From an uncultured archaeon (lineage in GTDB: Archaea > Asgardarchaeota > Thorarchaeia > Thorarchaeales > Thorarchaeaceae): a stretch of 64,000 nucleotides of DNA. How positions within the stretch are numbered: the stretch's first letter is position 1; each line of letters starts with the position of its first letter. The DNA lies in NCBI GenBank assembly GCA_964391265.1, contig CAYMLT010000001.1, forward strand, positions 905-64,904, written 5' to 3'. A program made the position numbers and the translations under genes. The notes under the pieces are model-generated. The model made no database searches. It was not told where the DNA came from and saw only the letters and a list, made by a program, of their open reading frames with translations. Shown here piece after piece: positions 10,265-19,756 of the stretch.

Positions 10265-12631
10265 TTGCAAAAGAGAGCTTCAATTCATGTGAATGGGATT
10301 GTGCAGGGAGTAGGATTCAGGCCCTTTGTATATCGTAAGGCAAAGCAACTTTCTTTGCTAGGATATGTTCTGAACTTGGGAGATGCCGGAGTCAGAGTCG
10401 TAGTTGAAGGGGAAGAAAATCATATTGAAATGCTAATCGATCAAATCCAGGCTAATCCACCATCTATATCCAGGATAGATTCATTCATAGTAGATTGGCA
10501 CAAAGCACAAGGGGATTTCGACGAATTCTTAATAATGAAGTCATCAACCAAGAGGAGCGAAAATTCAGAACCAGTTATACCACCCGACATTGCAATTTGT
10601 GATGATTGTGTATCGGATTTATTGAATCCTGGTTCTCGTTGGTATCGCTACCCATTCACATCGTGTGCCGCATGTGGGCCACGTTTCTCAACTATCACGG
10701 ATCTTCCATATGATAGACCCAACACGACAATGTCTGATTTTCCCCTTTGTGATACATGTAATACAGGATATACAAATCCTTTGGATCGTAGATATCATGC
10801 CCAAACCACTGCTTGTGAAAACTGCGGACCGATTTACCGGCTATATGACTGCAAAGGAAACGAATTGACCTCTTCGTATGCTATTCAAGAGGCTTCCAAG
10901 TTACTTGAGCAAGAATCAATCATTGCTATGCAAGGAATAGCTGGAACTCATCTTGTGACAACCACTTCCAGTCCCGAATCTATTCGCGAGCTCAGAAAGA
11001 GAAAGAAGAGGTTTCAACGACCATTTGCAATAATGGCACGTTCCTCAGATGTTGCAAATGAATTGTTTGATATCTCTTCTGAAGAACTTGCATTGATGCA
11101 TACTTGGAGGAGACCTATTGTGCTTGTAAAGAAGAAGGAACTCCATCGCACAAAATTGGGTGTATTAAGTGTAATACCAGAGAAATCATTGGAAGAAATA
11201 GCACCTGGTCTGAATTCATTGGGTGTTATGCTTCCTTATGCACCAGTACACCACCTACTCTTTCAGAATCTCGATGAAGCCGCATTAGTGATGACTAGCG
11301 CAAATCCGTCTGGTGTACCCATGTATATTGCCCCAGAAAAAGTAATGTCATCATTGAACGATATAGCAGATTATTTTCTTCTTCATAATCGGAAAATCTA
11401 TCAGCGTGCAGATGATTCAGTTGTGAAATTTACCACTAACGATAATCCCGTTTTTATTAGAAGAGCAAGAGGCTATGTACCTGAACCTATCCCGACCAAG
11501 GGGGTTTCAAAGGCAGTAAGACTTCTTGCTGTTGGTCCAGAGGAAAAGGCAACAACTTCCATTCTGAAATCGGGAATGATATATCCATCACAGCATATTG
11601 GGGATACAAATAACGTAGAAAGTATCGAGTTTCTTGAGAATGCATACCATCATTTGATGAATCTCGTTGGACTTGATAGTATTGATGGCGTTGTATGTGA
11701 TCTACATCCTGAATTCTTGAGCACACTTCATGCCGAAGCTATTTCCGAAGAAAAGAAAGTTCCACTCTACCGCATTCAACATCACCATGCCCACCTTGCT
11801 TCGATGCTTATAGACCACAAACTATCTCTTGATACAGGTATTGTTTGTATTACAACTGATGGATTTGGTTTTGGACAGGATAAGACTGCGTGGGGTGGCG
11901 AAGTTTTAGTTGGCAATGCAAAGCATTACCTGAATCTGGGAGGTTTGAAGTCTCATGTACTCCCCGGGGGAGATTTGACCGCCATCTATGCTGCCAGATC
12001 ATTGCTAGGTATATTACATAACACCATAGATGAGGATGCCATTCTCAAAATCACTAAAGGCATGCCCATATCGCAAAACGAAATCATCTCATCAAGTACA
12101 CTCGAAATGATAAGAGGTGCGATTGTTCGGGAGGTCAATATCGTAAGAAGTTCAAGTGCTGGAAGATTGTTGGATGCATCTGCAGCATTATTAGGAATTT
12201 GTAATGTGAATACGTATGATGGTGAGTGCCCAATGAAACTTGAGGCTTTTGCCAAAAAAGGTACATTGGTTTTGACACCTAAGATTCTTAGTGATGGAAA
12301 AAGACAGATTCTAGACACATCTAGTATGTTACTGGATTTGGCAAACTTACAGAGAGCAGGTGCAAAAAGATCGGAACTGGCCCATGCTGTTCAGTGGTGT
12401 TTGGGTGATACTCTGGCGTGTATTGCAGTTGACATTGCTGAGGAAAGAGATGTGAAACTCATTGGTTTCTCGGGAGGTGTTGCACTTAACACCATTATCT
12501 CAAAAGCCATAATACACAGGGTGAAAGAGTGTGGCTTAATGCCGCTGCTTCACGAAGTTGTTCCTCCTGGTGATGGAGGCATATCAATTGGTCAGATTGC
12601 AGCGGGAGCAGCCTCAATAATGGATAAATGA
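10265..12631 (+). CDS. hypF: [NiFe]-hydrogenase maturation carbamoyltransferase HypF
   Basis: Acylphosphatase domain, two CxxC-x18-CxxC zinc fingers, a YrdC domain and a Kae1-like domain with the HHHAH motif. Confidence 0.9.
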   Translation: MQKRASIHVNGIVQGVGFRPFVYRKAKQLSLLGYVLNLGDAGVRVVVEGEENHIEMLIDQIQANPPSISRIDSFIVDWHKAQGDFDEFLIMKSSTKRSENSEPVIPPDIAICDDCVSDLLNPGSRWYRYPFTSCAACGPRFSTITDLPYDRPNTTMSDFPLCDTCNTGYTNPLDRRYHAQTTACENCGPIYRLYDCKGNELTSSYAIQEASKLLEQESIIAMQGIAGTHLVTTTSSPESIRELRKRKKRFQRPFAIMARSSDVANELFDISSEELALMHTWRRPIVLVKKKELHRTKLGVLSVIPEKSLEEIAPGLNSLGVMLPYAPVHHLLFQNLDEAALVMTSANPSGVPMYIAPEKVMSSLNDIADYFLLHNRKIYQRADDSVVKFTTNDNPVFIRRARGYVPEPIPTKGVSKAVRLLAVGPEEKATTSILKSGMIYPSQHIGDTNNVESIEFLENAYHHLMNLVGLDSIDGVVCDLHPEFLSTLHAEAISEEKKVPLYRIQHHHAHLASMLIDHKLSLDTGIVCITTDGFGFGQDKTAWGGEVLVGNAKHYLNLGGLKSHVLPGGDLTAIYAARSLLGILHNTIDEDAILKITKGMPISQNEIISSSTLEMIRGAIVREVNIVRSSSAGRLLDASAALLGICNVNTYDGECPMKLEAFAKKGTLVLTPKILSDGKRQILDTSSMLLDLANLQRAGAKRSELAHAVQWCLGDTLACIAVDIAEERDVKLIGFSGGVALNTIISKAIIHRVKECGLMPLLHEVVPPGDGGISIGQIAAGAASIMDK

Positions 12632-12633
12632 AT

Positions 12634-12657
12634 GTATTACAGTTAATACATTCATTA
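12634..12657. terminator. Bidirectional terminator-like inverted repeat between convergent hypF and iorB
   Basis: GAATGTATTA-cagt-TAATACATTC, a perfect 10-bp inverted repeat. Confidence 0.4.
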
Positions 12658-13281
12658 TTCTTTCATAGACTCCGTGATCATTGCGAAACCTGCTTCAAAA
12701 GCCTTCACATTAGCTTCTTCAAACCTAGCTGAAAATGCTTCTTTAGTAATTTGAATAGCAGACTCCTTACGGATGGGTGTGATTCTGCTTCCGATTATAG
12801 CTCCGAACATTACAATGTTCATGGATCTACTGCTCCCAGCTTCTTTTGCAAGCTTCATGGCATCAAATTCATGTATGGAGTTAGTAAAGCCCCTGATACT
12901 ATTTCTAATCGCATCTTCTGATGGATACTCCGCTTTGCCCATTGATACTGCCACAGGATATTGTACGTGTGAGTTCATAATGGCGACACCATCTTTCCTG
13001 ATGAGGTGTATCTCTCTCAGAGTTTCGACCGGTTCGAATCCTATAACTAAATGAGCTGCACCAGAATCAACAATGGGACCTTTTGCTTTCTCACCTATTC
13101 GAACAGTGCATACCACATGACCACCTCTTTGTGCCATGCCATGAATTTCTCCTACGCGAACATTATACGAATCAAGCAAAGCAGATTTAGCTAAAATCTC
13201 TGCAAGGGTCAGAACCCCTTGTCCGCCAACTCCAGCAATGACAATATTAATGATTTCTGTATTATTTGTAATACCGGCCAT
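12655..13281 (-). CDS. iorB: Indolepyruvate ferredoxin oxidoreductase beta subunit
   Basis: 208 aa with a gamma-type domain; lies immediately downstream of iorA. Confidence 0.85.
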   Translation of the reverse strand: MAGITNNTEIINIVIAGVGGQGVLTLAEILAKSALLDSYNVRVGEIHGMAQRGGHVVCTVRIGEKAKGPIVDSGAAHLVIGFEPVETLREIHLIRKDGVAIMNSHVQYPVAVSMGKAEYPSEDAIRNSIRGFTNSIHEFDAMKLAKEAGSSRSMNIVMFGAIIGSRITPIRKESAIQITKEAFSARFEEANVKAFEAGFAMITESMKE

Positions 13282-15216
13282 CTATTTCTCCTCCTGCTTA
13301 ATTGCACCTTGTGGACAGACGGATACACATGTTCCACATAAGTTACAAAGTGTTTCATCTATCACGGCTTGTTGAGTTTCAGTATCTTGGTACATTGCGG
13401 GACATGACAATCGATTAAGGCAACGTTTGCACGCATTACATACTTCAGTGTCAACATAGTACTTTGGAGGGTATTCACCGCTTTTTCGCCGATCAGCAGC
13501 AGTAAGAAGTGCACATGGGTCCCTTGATATTAAAACCGCAGGAGACTTATTCTCTCGAGTCCACTTGACCATCTCACGTATTTCTTTAACAAGCTCAGCC
13601 ATTGATTCAAAGGTTTTGATAGTCTTTACATACTTGACACCTAACCCCTTGGAAACCTCTTCGATATCGATTGGTGGGACTTCCTCTCGCATACCAGTAA
13701 TCCCAGTTCCAGGATGGGGTTGATGACCGGTCATGGCCGTCGTCCGATTATCAAGGACAACAAGATTTACGGCGTGTTTATTGTATACCGCATTCACCAA
13801 ACCAGGAAGTGCGGAAGCAAAGAATGTGCTATCCCCAACTGATGCCACGATATCTTGACCAGTAACTTGGGCTAGACCACAAGCAGTTGTAATTGACGAT
13901 CCCATGTCAAAGAGAATGTCTGCTGTTTCCAGTGGTGGTGCAATGCTAAGAGTATAACATCCAATATCTGAGGGATATATCGCCTTGCCTCTGGTTGCAG
14001 TCCGAATAGCAAAATAGGTTGCTCGGTGAGGACAGCCTGCGCATAATAATGGAGGCCGAGGAGGTATCTCGGGAATTTCTTCAGCTTGTTTATCTATATC
14101 CTTCCAGTTAATACGTGTATTACGATTAGTAATTTTGCTTAGTGCTTCTATTACGATTCGGGGGCTATACTCACCCACTCGGGAGAAGTATCCCTGTTCT
14201 TTCCCGAGAATACTAACACTAACTTCATTCAATTGAGCAAGTCTTCTTGCGTGTGTTTCCAAGAATGGTTCCAGTTCTTCAACAACTGCAATACGTTTGT
14301 GGCGTTTTAGGAATTCAACCAAACTCTTTTCGGGAACAGGGTGAGTTATTCCAAGTTTGTAAATCTCAGCCTCTAGCTCTAAGTGATCAAGCGCTTCAAC
14401 CACATAATTGTAAGCTACGCCGCTAGTAAGTATTCCAAGGTCACCACGGCCTTCAAAGAAATTAAGTGGGCTAGTTTCAGCTATCTCTTTGGCTTTCTCA
14501 ATCTTGCCTAATAATTTAGGATGTAGCTTGCGAGCGACCGCCGGAATGGGGACGAGTTGAAATGGATCCTTTTCAAATTCAACAGATTCCGGTCGCCCCG
14601 TGATAATGTCTAGTACAACAGGTGCTCGTGTGTGATTTACACGAGTTGTTGTTCTTAGTAAAACAGGCAGTTCAAGTTTTTCAGAGAGTTCAAAGGCTTC
14701 ATGAACCATATCCTTTGCCTCGGCGGGGTCAGCGGGTTCTACCATTGGCATATTACCCATGAGAGCATAGTAACGACTATCATTCTCATTTTGTGAGCTC
14801 CACATACTGGGGTCATCGGCAACTACGATAACCATACCTGCACGAACTCCGATGTAAGCCAAAGAAAAGAATGGATCAGCTGCAACATTCAATCCTGGAC
14901 CTTTACATACCATCATAGATCTTACACCTGCAATTGCGGCAGCTCCTGAAACTTCAAGGGCTACTTTCTCGTTAGTGCTGAATTCAAAGTAAAAGTTAGG
15001 AATGTGAGGTGCCATGAATGTTAGATTGTTACCAATCTCACTACTGGGGGTGCCAGGATATAGTGCAACAAGTCGAACACCAGCCTCTAACACACCTCGA
15101 GCTATTGCCTCATTAGCCAGAAGAAGTACTTTCTTCCCAGGAGCATCTTCTAGTAGATCTTTTGGTTTGGTCATTGGGAGTCCTCCACGTCCCGTCGTGG
15201 ACAAATTGCCCGGCAC
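13282..15216 (-). CDS. iorA: Indolepyruvate ferredoxin oxidoreductase alpha subunit
   Basis: 644 aa with a TPP-binding region and two 4Fe-4S ferredoxin CxxCxxCxxxCP motifs at the C-terminus. Confidence 0.9.
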   Translation of the reverse strand: MPGNLSTTGRGGLPMTKPKDLLEDAPGKKVLLLANEAIARGVLEAGVRLVALYPGTPSSEIGNNLTFMAPHIPNFYFEFSTNEKVALEVSGAAAIAGVRSMMVCKGPGLNVAADPFFSLAYIGVRAGMVIVVADDPSMWSSQNENDSRYYALMGNMPMVEPADPAEAKDMVHEAFELSEKLELPVLLRTTTRVNHTRAPVVLDIITGRPESVEFEKDPFQLVPIPAVARKLHPKLLGKIEKAKEIAETSPLNFFEGRGDLGILTSGVAYNYVVEALDHLELEAEIYKLGITHPVPEKSLVEFLKRHKRIAVVEELEPFLETHARRLAQLNEVSVSILGKEQGYFSRVGEYSPRIVIEALSKITNRNTRINWKDIDKQAEEIPEIPPRPPLLCAGCPHRATYFAIRTATRGKAIYPSDIGCYTLSIAPPLETADILFDMGSSITTACGLAQVTGQDIVASVGDSTFFASALPGLVNAVYNKHAVNLVVLDNRTTAMTGHQPHPGTGITGMREEVPPIDIEEVSKGLGVKYVKTIKTFESMAELVKEIREMVKWTRENKSPAVLISRDPCALLTAADRRKSGEYPPKYYVDTEVCNACKRCLNRLSCPAMYQDTETQQAVIDETLCNLCGTCVSVCPQGAIKQEEK

Positions 15217-15286
15217 TTTTACAGTGTATCAATATTGTGGTAGTATACACAGTTGTATTAGCTGTAATACATGTCACCATGTTCTT

Positions 15287-15300
15287 GGAACACGTGTTCC
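15287..15300. promoter_or_regulatory. 14-bp perfect palindrome GGAACACGTGTTCC
   Basis: Contains the recurrent GAACACGTGTTC 12-mer. It flanks the left ORB of the candidate origin and lies about 70 bp upstream of iorA. Confidence 0.35.
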
Positions 15301-15324
15301 AGTGTGTATTGCCCAGCTAATACA

Positions 15325-15344
15325 CCCCTCGATTTCCACTGGAG
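15325..15344 (-). repeat. Origin recognition box (ORB), inverted copy
   Basis: The reverse complement reads CTCCAGTGGAAATCGAGGGG. Confidence 0.5.
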
Positions 15345-15465
15345 AATTAAAAATGAAGAGATTATGGGCGTGTATTATAATAATAATTAAAAATGGAGAT
15401 AAATACTGGCTATTAATTTGTATATTTATACTTTTGTATTTTTAGCTAGTTTGAATCTGCATTAT

Positions 15466-15486
15466 TTCGAGTGGAAACAAGGGGGT
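15466..15486 (+). repeat. Origin recognition box (ORB), direct copy
   Basis: TTCGAGTGGAAACAAGGGGGT. Confidence 0.5.
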
Positions 15487-15521
15487 TGCACTGGTTTTGG
15501 AACACGTGGCCGCATTTTTAT

Positions 15522-15812
15522 CTATTTTATCTCAGCAGCCACTTCATAGATTATGAGATCCATAATATCCGAATACTCATCGAATAGCATATCAAATACT
15601 CCCCGGTGTTCAGCAGGAACGAGAATTGCAGAATCAGCAACTGCTTTGGAACCTGGACACTCTTCGATTAGTCCAACCTTCCGTTTCTCTTTGACACCAT
15701 ACTTTGTCTTCCAAGAATATGTAAACCCATATAGCTCCTTGGTAAAAGAAACCCGTTTAGCATTTGACTGACGTGCCTGCCTACAATCATAAAGATAGAG
15801 ATATTGTGTCAT
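15522..15812 (-). CDS. Hypothetical small protein
   Basis: 96-aa ORF. A palindrome sits 20 bp upstream of its start. Confidence 0.25.
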   Translation of the reverse strand: MTQYLYLYDCRQARQSNAKRVSFTKELYGFTYSWKTKYGVKEKRKVGLIEECPGSKAVADSAILVPAEHRGVFDMLFDEYSDIMDLIIYEVAAEIK

Positions 15813-15832
15813 TTCTTATAGACCCTAATACT

Positions 15833-15846
15833 AGAACACATGTTCT
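15833..15846. promoter_or_regulatory. 14-bp perfect palindrome AGAACACATGTTCT (variant of the recurrent motif) in a divergent promoter region
   Basis: Lies between the 15812 minus-strand start and the 15946 plus-strand start. Confidence 0.3.
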
Positions 15847-15945
15847 GAATTTCATTATGTGTAATACAACGTAGTAAAGGAAAGGTTAAAGCGTGGGTGA
15901 TTTTGCTGACCGGTTGCCCACAATCTACACTTTGGAGGAGTTCTG

Positions 15946-17250
15946 GTGAATAAGATTGGCCTACGAAAGGAAGAGAAAGCCTTTGAAACACGAGTAGCTA
16001 TTGTTCCAGAGCATGCTGCTCTTTTGCATGAGAAGCATGGAATTCAGTTTATTCTTGAACCGAGTAATCAGCGTGCCTTTCATCCTGATGAGTATGCAGC
16101 GTCTAATGTAGATTATGGCCCTCTCAAAGGGAGTTCTGCTAATGTTATCTTAGGAATCAAGGAAATGCCCATTGCATTCTTTGAGCCGAATAAGGTGTAC
16201 ATCTTCTTTAGTCACACCATAAAATGCCAAGACTACAACATGGATATGCTTAACCATATCATGGAAACTGGTGCAACTCTCATCGATTATGAGAAGATTG
16301 TCGACGCAAACGGTCGACGACTCATCTATTTTGGTAACTGGGCTGGCCTAGCTGGAATGTCCGATACGCTTCGCACACTTGGCAAACGACTTTCGTATGA
16401 AGGATTAACTCCAAACCCATTTGCAGCGATGACGCCAACTTTGGAATTAAAATCACTCTCTGATCTCAAAGACGAATTCAGAGCATTAGGTAAACGGATT
16501 GAAGAAGAGGGCCTTCCCCATGATTTAACTCCATTTATTGTGGGATTTGCAGGGTATGGACACGTATCACGCGGGGCACAGGAACTATTCGATATCCTTC
16601 CACACAAGGAAATTGAACCCGAGGAGCTCGAAAATACACCTCCCACTGATCGACTTCTCTACAAATGTGTTTTCAAGGAAGAACACATGGTCACTCCAAT
16701 TGACCCTAATTCCGTTTTCCAACTGCAGGATTATTACGAGAACGGTGCTACAAAGTATGAAGGCAATTTTCACAGATATTTGCCATACCTGACCGTTCTG
16801 ATGAATTGTATTTACTGGACTGATAAATACCCCCGTCTTATCACAAAGGAGTTCATCCACAATTACTGGAACAACGATAATCGCAGGTTTCGAATTGTTG
16901 GGGATATCTCATGTGATGTAGAGGGGGCAGTTGAATTCACCATGAAATGTACAAAACCCGATAGACCTGCATTCACATATATTATCGAAGAGGACCGTCC
17001 AGAGCTAGGTGTCAATGGAAATGGTCCTGTTGTAATGTCTGTAGACAATCTCCCATGCGAGCTACCTCGTGAAGCATCTACCTCATTCAGTAATACCCTC
17101 CATAATTATGTTCCTGCATTAGCGAAGGCTGACTTCAGCGTTCCATTCGAGGAACTTGAATTGCCTCCTGAACTCCTTGGTGCGATTATCGTATATCAAG
17201 GGAAACTAACCAAGAATTTCGAATATCTAGAAGATTGTTTATCAAAGTAG
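15946..17250 (+). CDS. Lysine-ketoglutarate reductase / saccharopine dehydrogenase (L-lysine-forming), AlaDH/PNT-type
   Basis: An N-terminal AlaDH/PNT substrate domain and a C-terminal NAD domain. At 434 aa it resembles the LKR half of eukaryotic LKR/SDH. Confidence 0.6.
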   Translation: MNKIGLRKEEKAFETRVAIVPEHAALLHEKHGIQFILEPSNQRAFHPDEYAASNVDYGPLKGSSANVILGIKEMPIAFFEPNKVYIFFSHTIKCQDYNMDMLNHIMETGATLIDYEKIVDANGRRLIYFGNWAGLAGMSDTLRTLGKRLSYEGLTPNPFAAMTPTLELKSLSDLKDEFRALGKRIEEEGLPHDLTPFIVGFAGYGHVSRGAQELFDILPHKEIEPEELENTPPTDRLLYKCVFKEEHMVTPIDPNSVFQLQDYYENGATKYEGNFHRYLPYLTVLMNCIYWTDKYPRLITKEFIHNYWNNDNRRFRIVGDISCDVEGAVEFTMKCTKPDRPAFTYIIEEDRPELGVNGNGPVVMSVDNLPCELPREASTSFSNTLHNYVPALAKADFSVPFEELELPPELLGAIIVYQGKLTKNFEYLEDCLSK

Positions 17251-17262
17251 GTGAATTGAAAC

Positions 17263-18579
17263 ATGAAGAACGTACTATGTTTGGGTGCAGGTCTTGTTGC
17301 CCGCCCCTATATCCAGTATCTATGTAAACATGGATTTCATGTAACTGTGGCCAGCAGAACCAAAGAAAAGGCTGAGCGTCTAATCCAAGGCTGTGATAAT
17401 GCAATTGCTGTAGCATTCAATATTGTCAAGGATGATGAGCTTCTTGATAGCCTAACATCCAAGACTGACTTAGTCTGTTCGCTTCTGCCCTACACATTCC
17501 ATGTAAAGGCTGCCAAAATAGCCATTCGGCATAAGAAACACTTCTGCACCACATCGTATATCTCTCCAGAAATGAAAGCACTCGATGATGCCGCAAAGAA
17601 TGCTGGAGTTCTCATTCTGAACGAATGCGGTGTCGATCCAGGTATCGATCACATGAGTGCTATGAAAATTATTGATAAAATTCACAATGAAGGAGGTAAA
17701 GTGGCAAGCTTCACCTCATTCACCGGAGGGTTACCAGCACCTGATGCTAACAATAACCCCTTTGGTTACAAACTCTCCTGGAGTCCAAGAGGAGTACTAC
17801 TTGCCGGTAGGAACGACGCACAATTCCTGAAAGATGGCAAAGTAGTAACTATCCCCGGTAAAGACCTATTTGATAACTATGAATTAATGGAAGTCCCAGA
17901 TATGGGCCAATTCGAAGGGTACCCAAATCGCGATAGCCTTTCGTATATTGACATATACAACATCTCCGAAACTAAGACAATGTTACGCGGAACATTTCGC
18001 AACTTGGGCTGGTGTTCGACTCTGAAAAAGATAGCCGATATGGGTCTTTTAGACATCGAAGAACGAGATTTTGCTAATGTTTCTTACGCAGAAATGACGA
18101 AGCAGTTAGTTTCTTCCGATGAAAGTGATGTGTCGACAGCGGTAGCAAAACAACTGGGTCTGAAAAGAAATGATCCAATTATTGCTCGTTTCGAGTGGTT
18201 AGGTCTATTTGATAACAAATCAATTCCCAATGGCATCAATACGTACTTGGATGCATTATGCCATCTATTCGAAGAAAAGCTTCAGTATGCTCCTGGAGAA
18301 CGAGATATGATTATTATGCATCATGACTTCATTGCAGAATATACTGACCGCCGAGAACGAATAACCTCAACCATGATTGACTATGGTATTCCTAATGGTG
18401 ATAGTTCAATGTCTCGTACCGTTGCACTTCCCATAGCAATTGCAAGTCGTTTAATCCTAGAAGGAAAAATAGACTTAATCGGCGTACATCGACCAATCAT
18501 ACCCGAAATCTATGATTTAGTCTTGGAAGAACTTGAAACTCTCAATATCAGTCTGGAAGAGAATACCACTCAGCTATGA
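17263..18579 (+). CDS. Saccharopine dehydrogenase (NADP+, L-glutamate-forming) family protein
   Basis: N-terminal Rossmann fold LCLGAGLVARP and an SDH-like C-terminal domain. The start lies 13 bp after the previous gene. Confidence 0.65.
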   Translation: MKNVLCLGAGLVARPYIQYLCKHGFHVTVASRTKEKAERLIQGCDNAIAVAFNIVKDDELLDSLTSKTDLVCSLLPYTFHVKAAKIAIRHKKHFCTTSYISPEMKALDDAAKNAGVLILNECGVDPGIDHMSAMKIIDKIHNEGGKVASFTSFTGGLPAPDANNNPFGYKLSWSPRGVLLAGRNDAQFLKDGKVVTIPGKDLFDNYELMEVPDMGQFEGYPNRDSLSYIDIYNISETKTMLRGTFRNLGWCSTLKKIADMGLLDIEERDFANVSYAEMTKQLVSSDESDVSTAVAKQLGLKRNDPIIARFEWLGLFDNKSIPNGINTYLDALCHLFEEKLQYAPGERDMIIMHHDFIAEYTDRRERITSTMIDYGIPNGDSSMSRTVALPIAIASRLILEGKIDLIGVHRPIIPEIYDLVLEELETLNISLEENTTQL

Positions 18580-18634
18580 AAAAAGGATGAAGGTCTTTGG
18601 CTTCCAAGTTACTTGGTTCTCAGACCTCATTCGG

Positions 18635-19267
18635 CTATTTTCCAATTCGAATTTGAATAGCAGCGAGTATAGTTTCAGCTCGCTCTATCTCTTTTTGAAC
18701 TTCATCGTTTTCTGTCTTAAGACGATATGTATAACCTGACCTATTGCCAAGCCGTTCTAAGTGACCTTTTCCACTATTCCACATTCGAGCTAGGTATGTC
18801 GATGCTGTGCTTTTTGGCAAATCATCCTCCTCAAATGTGTCCTTGTAAATCTCTGTCACATCCATAGAGGAGAACTTCCCATGTTTGAATGATGCATAGA
18901 TAACCATCTGGAGTTTCTCATAATTGCTCATCGATTCATAATCGGTATTCCCTAGGTCTTGTTCGACAAGATCAGTTTCAGCAACTACAAAAGTATATCC
19001 AGTACTTGCTTCTAGAAAGACCCTAAATTTTTCAAACATCTTTTCAAGTCCACTGCCCTTGACTTGGAAGCTTGATTCCTCACCTGTGGACTCATCCGAA
19101 ATATCAATCCTGAAATCGAATGGTGATGGTGCTAGTGCTAGCATTTTCTGGAAACGTTTGAGTGCCTCATCAGGTTGTACATATTTGCACTGGAAAATCT
19201 CCTTGGTTCCAGGAGCCGCGTTGTATGTAAAGACATACAGATAATTCGTTCTTTCATTTCCAGACAA
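18635..19267 (-). CDS. Hypothetical protein
   Basis: 210-aa ORF. Confidence 0.25.
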   Translation of the reverse strand: MSGNERTNYLYVFTYNAAPGTKEIFQCKYVQPDEALKRFQKMLALAPSPFDFRIDISDESTGEESSFQVKGSGLEKMFEKFRVFLEASTGYTFVVAETDLVEQDLGNTDYESMSNYEKLQMVIYASFKHGKFSSMDVTEIYKDTFEEDDLPKSTASTYLARMWNSGKGHLERLGNRSGYTYRLKTENDEVQKEIERAETILAAIQIRIGK

Positions 19268-19587
19268 CTATTTTTCACCATTTCTGTTTTTATCACAGGA
19301 TACAATACTAATCTTATTCACAACAATCCTTGTTCACACTTCAAATAAGTGTGAGTATGTGAATCATGTATATCAAGGTAAGTGGAAGATAATCCCTACA
19401 TAGCTATTCAGGACTCATATCAGCTGTACATCCTGTGTTAGCACCTTCTATGGAAGCTATGTCCGAAACTAAGGACTATGACCGCTTATTTCGCAAAAAA
19501 AAAGCTTTTTTCCTTTTACTTCGATATTCACTAAACTATGATGATTGTGAATGAGTATTTCAAGATATCATAACTCTAATTGCCTAG

Positions 19588-19608
19588 TTCCAGTGGAAAC
19601 GAAGGGGT
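19588..19608 (+). repeat. Third ORB element in a 490-bp AT-rich intergenic region
   Basis: TTCCAGTGGAAACGAAGGGGT, the best match of the three to the canonical ORB. The surrounding region carries a poly-A tract and repeated ATTCACAA/TTGTGAAT motifs. Confidence 0.45.
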
Positions 19609-19756
19609 GGCTTTATTCACAAGGCATATCGGGACTATGCTTGCTTCATTCAACTATCACAGGTTTTATGATAACTCTTTTACAATGCTCATTCACAATA
19701 ATGGCGCCATTCACAACATTTCACTGTGAATCATGTTAATTTGTTTTCATCAGGAA

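Larger units (their letters stand above)
15320..15515. other. Candidate chromosomal replication origin (oriC-like): inverted ORBs flanking an AT-rich DUE
   Basis: ORB (minus orientation) at 15325-15344 and ORB (plus orientation) at 15466-15486, separated by a roughly 120-bp stretch that is over 80% A+T. The two ORBs match each other and the canonical archaeal ORB pattern TCCAGTGGAAAcGAaGGGGT. Confidence 0.5.
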
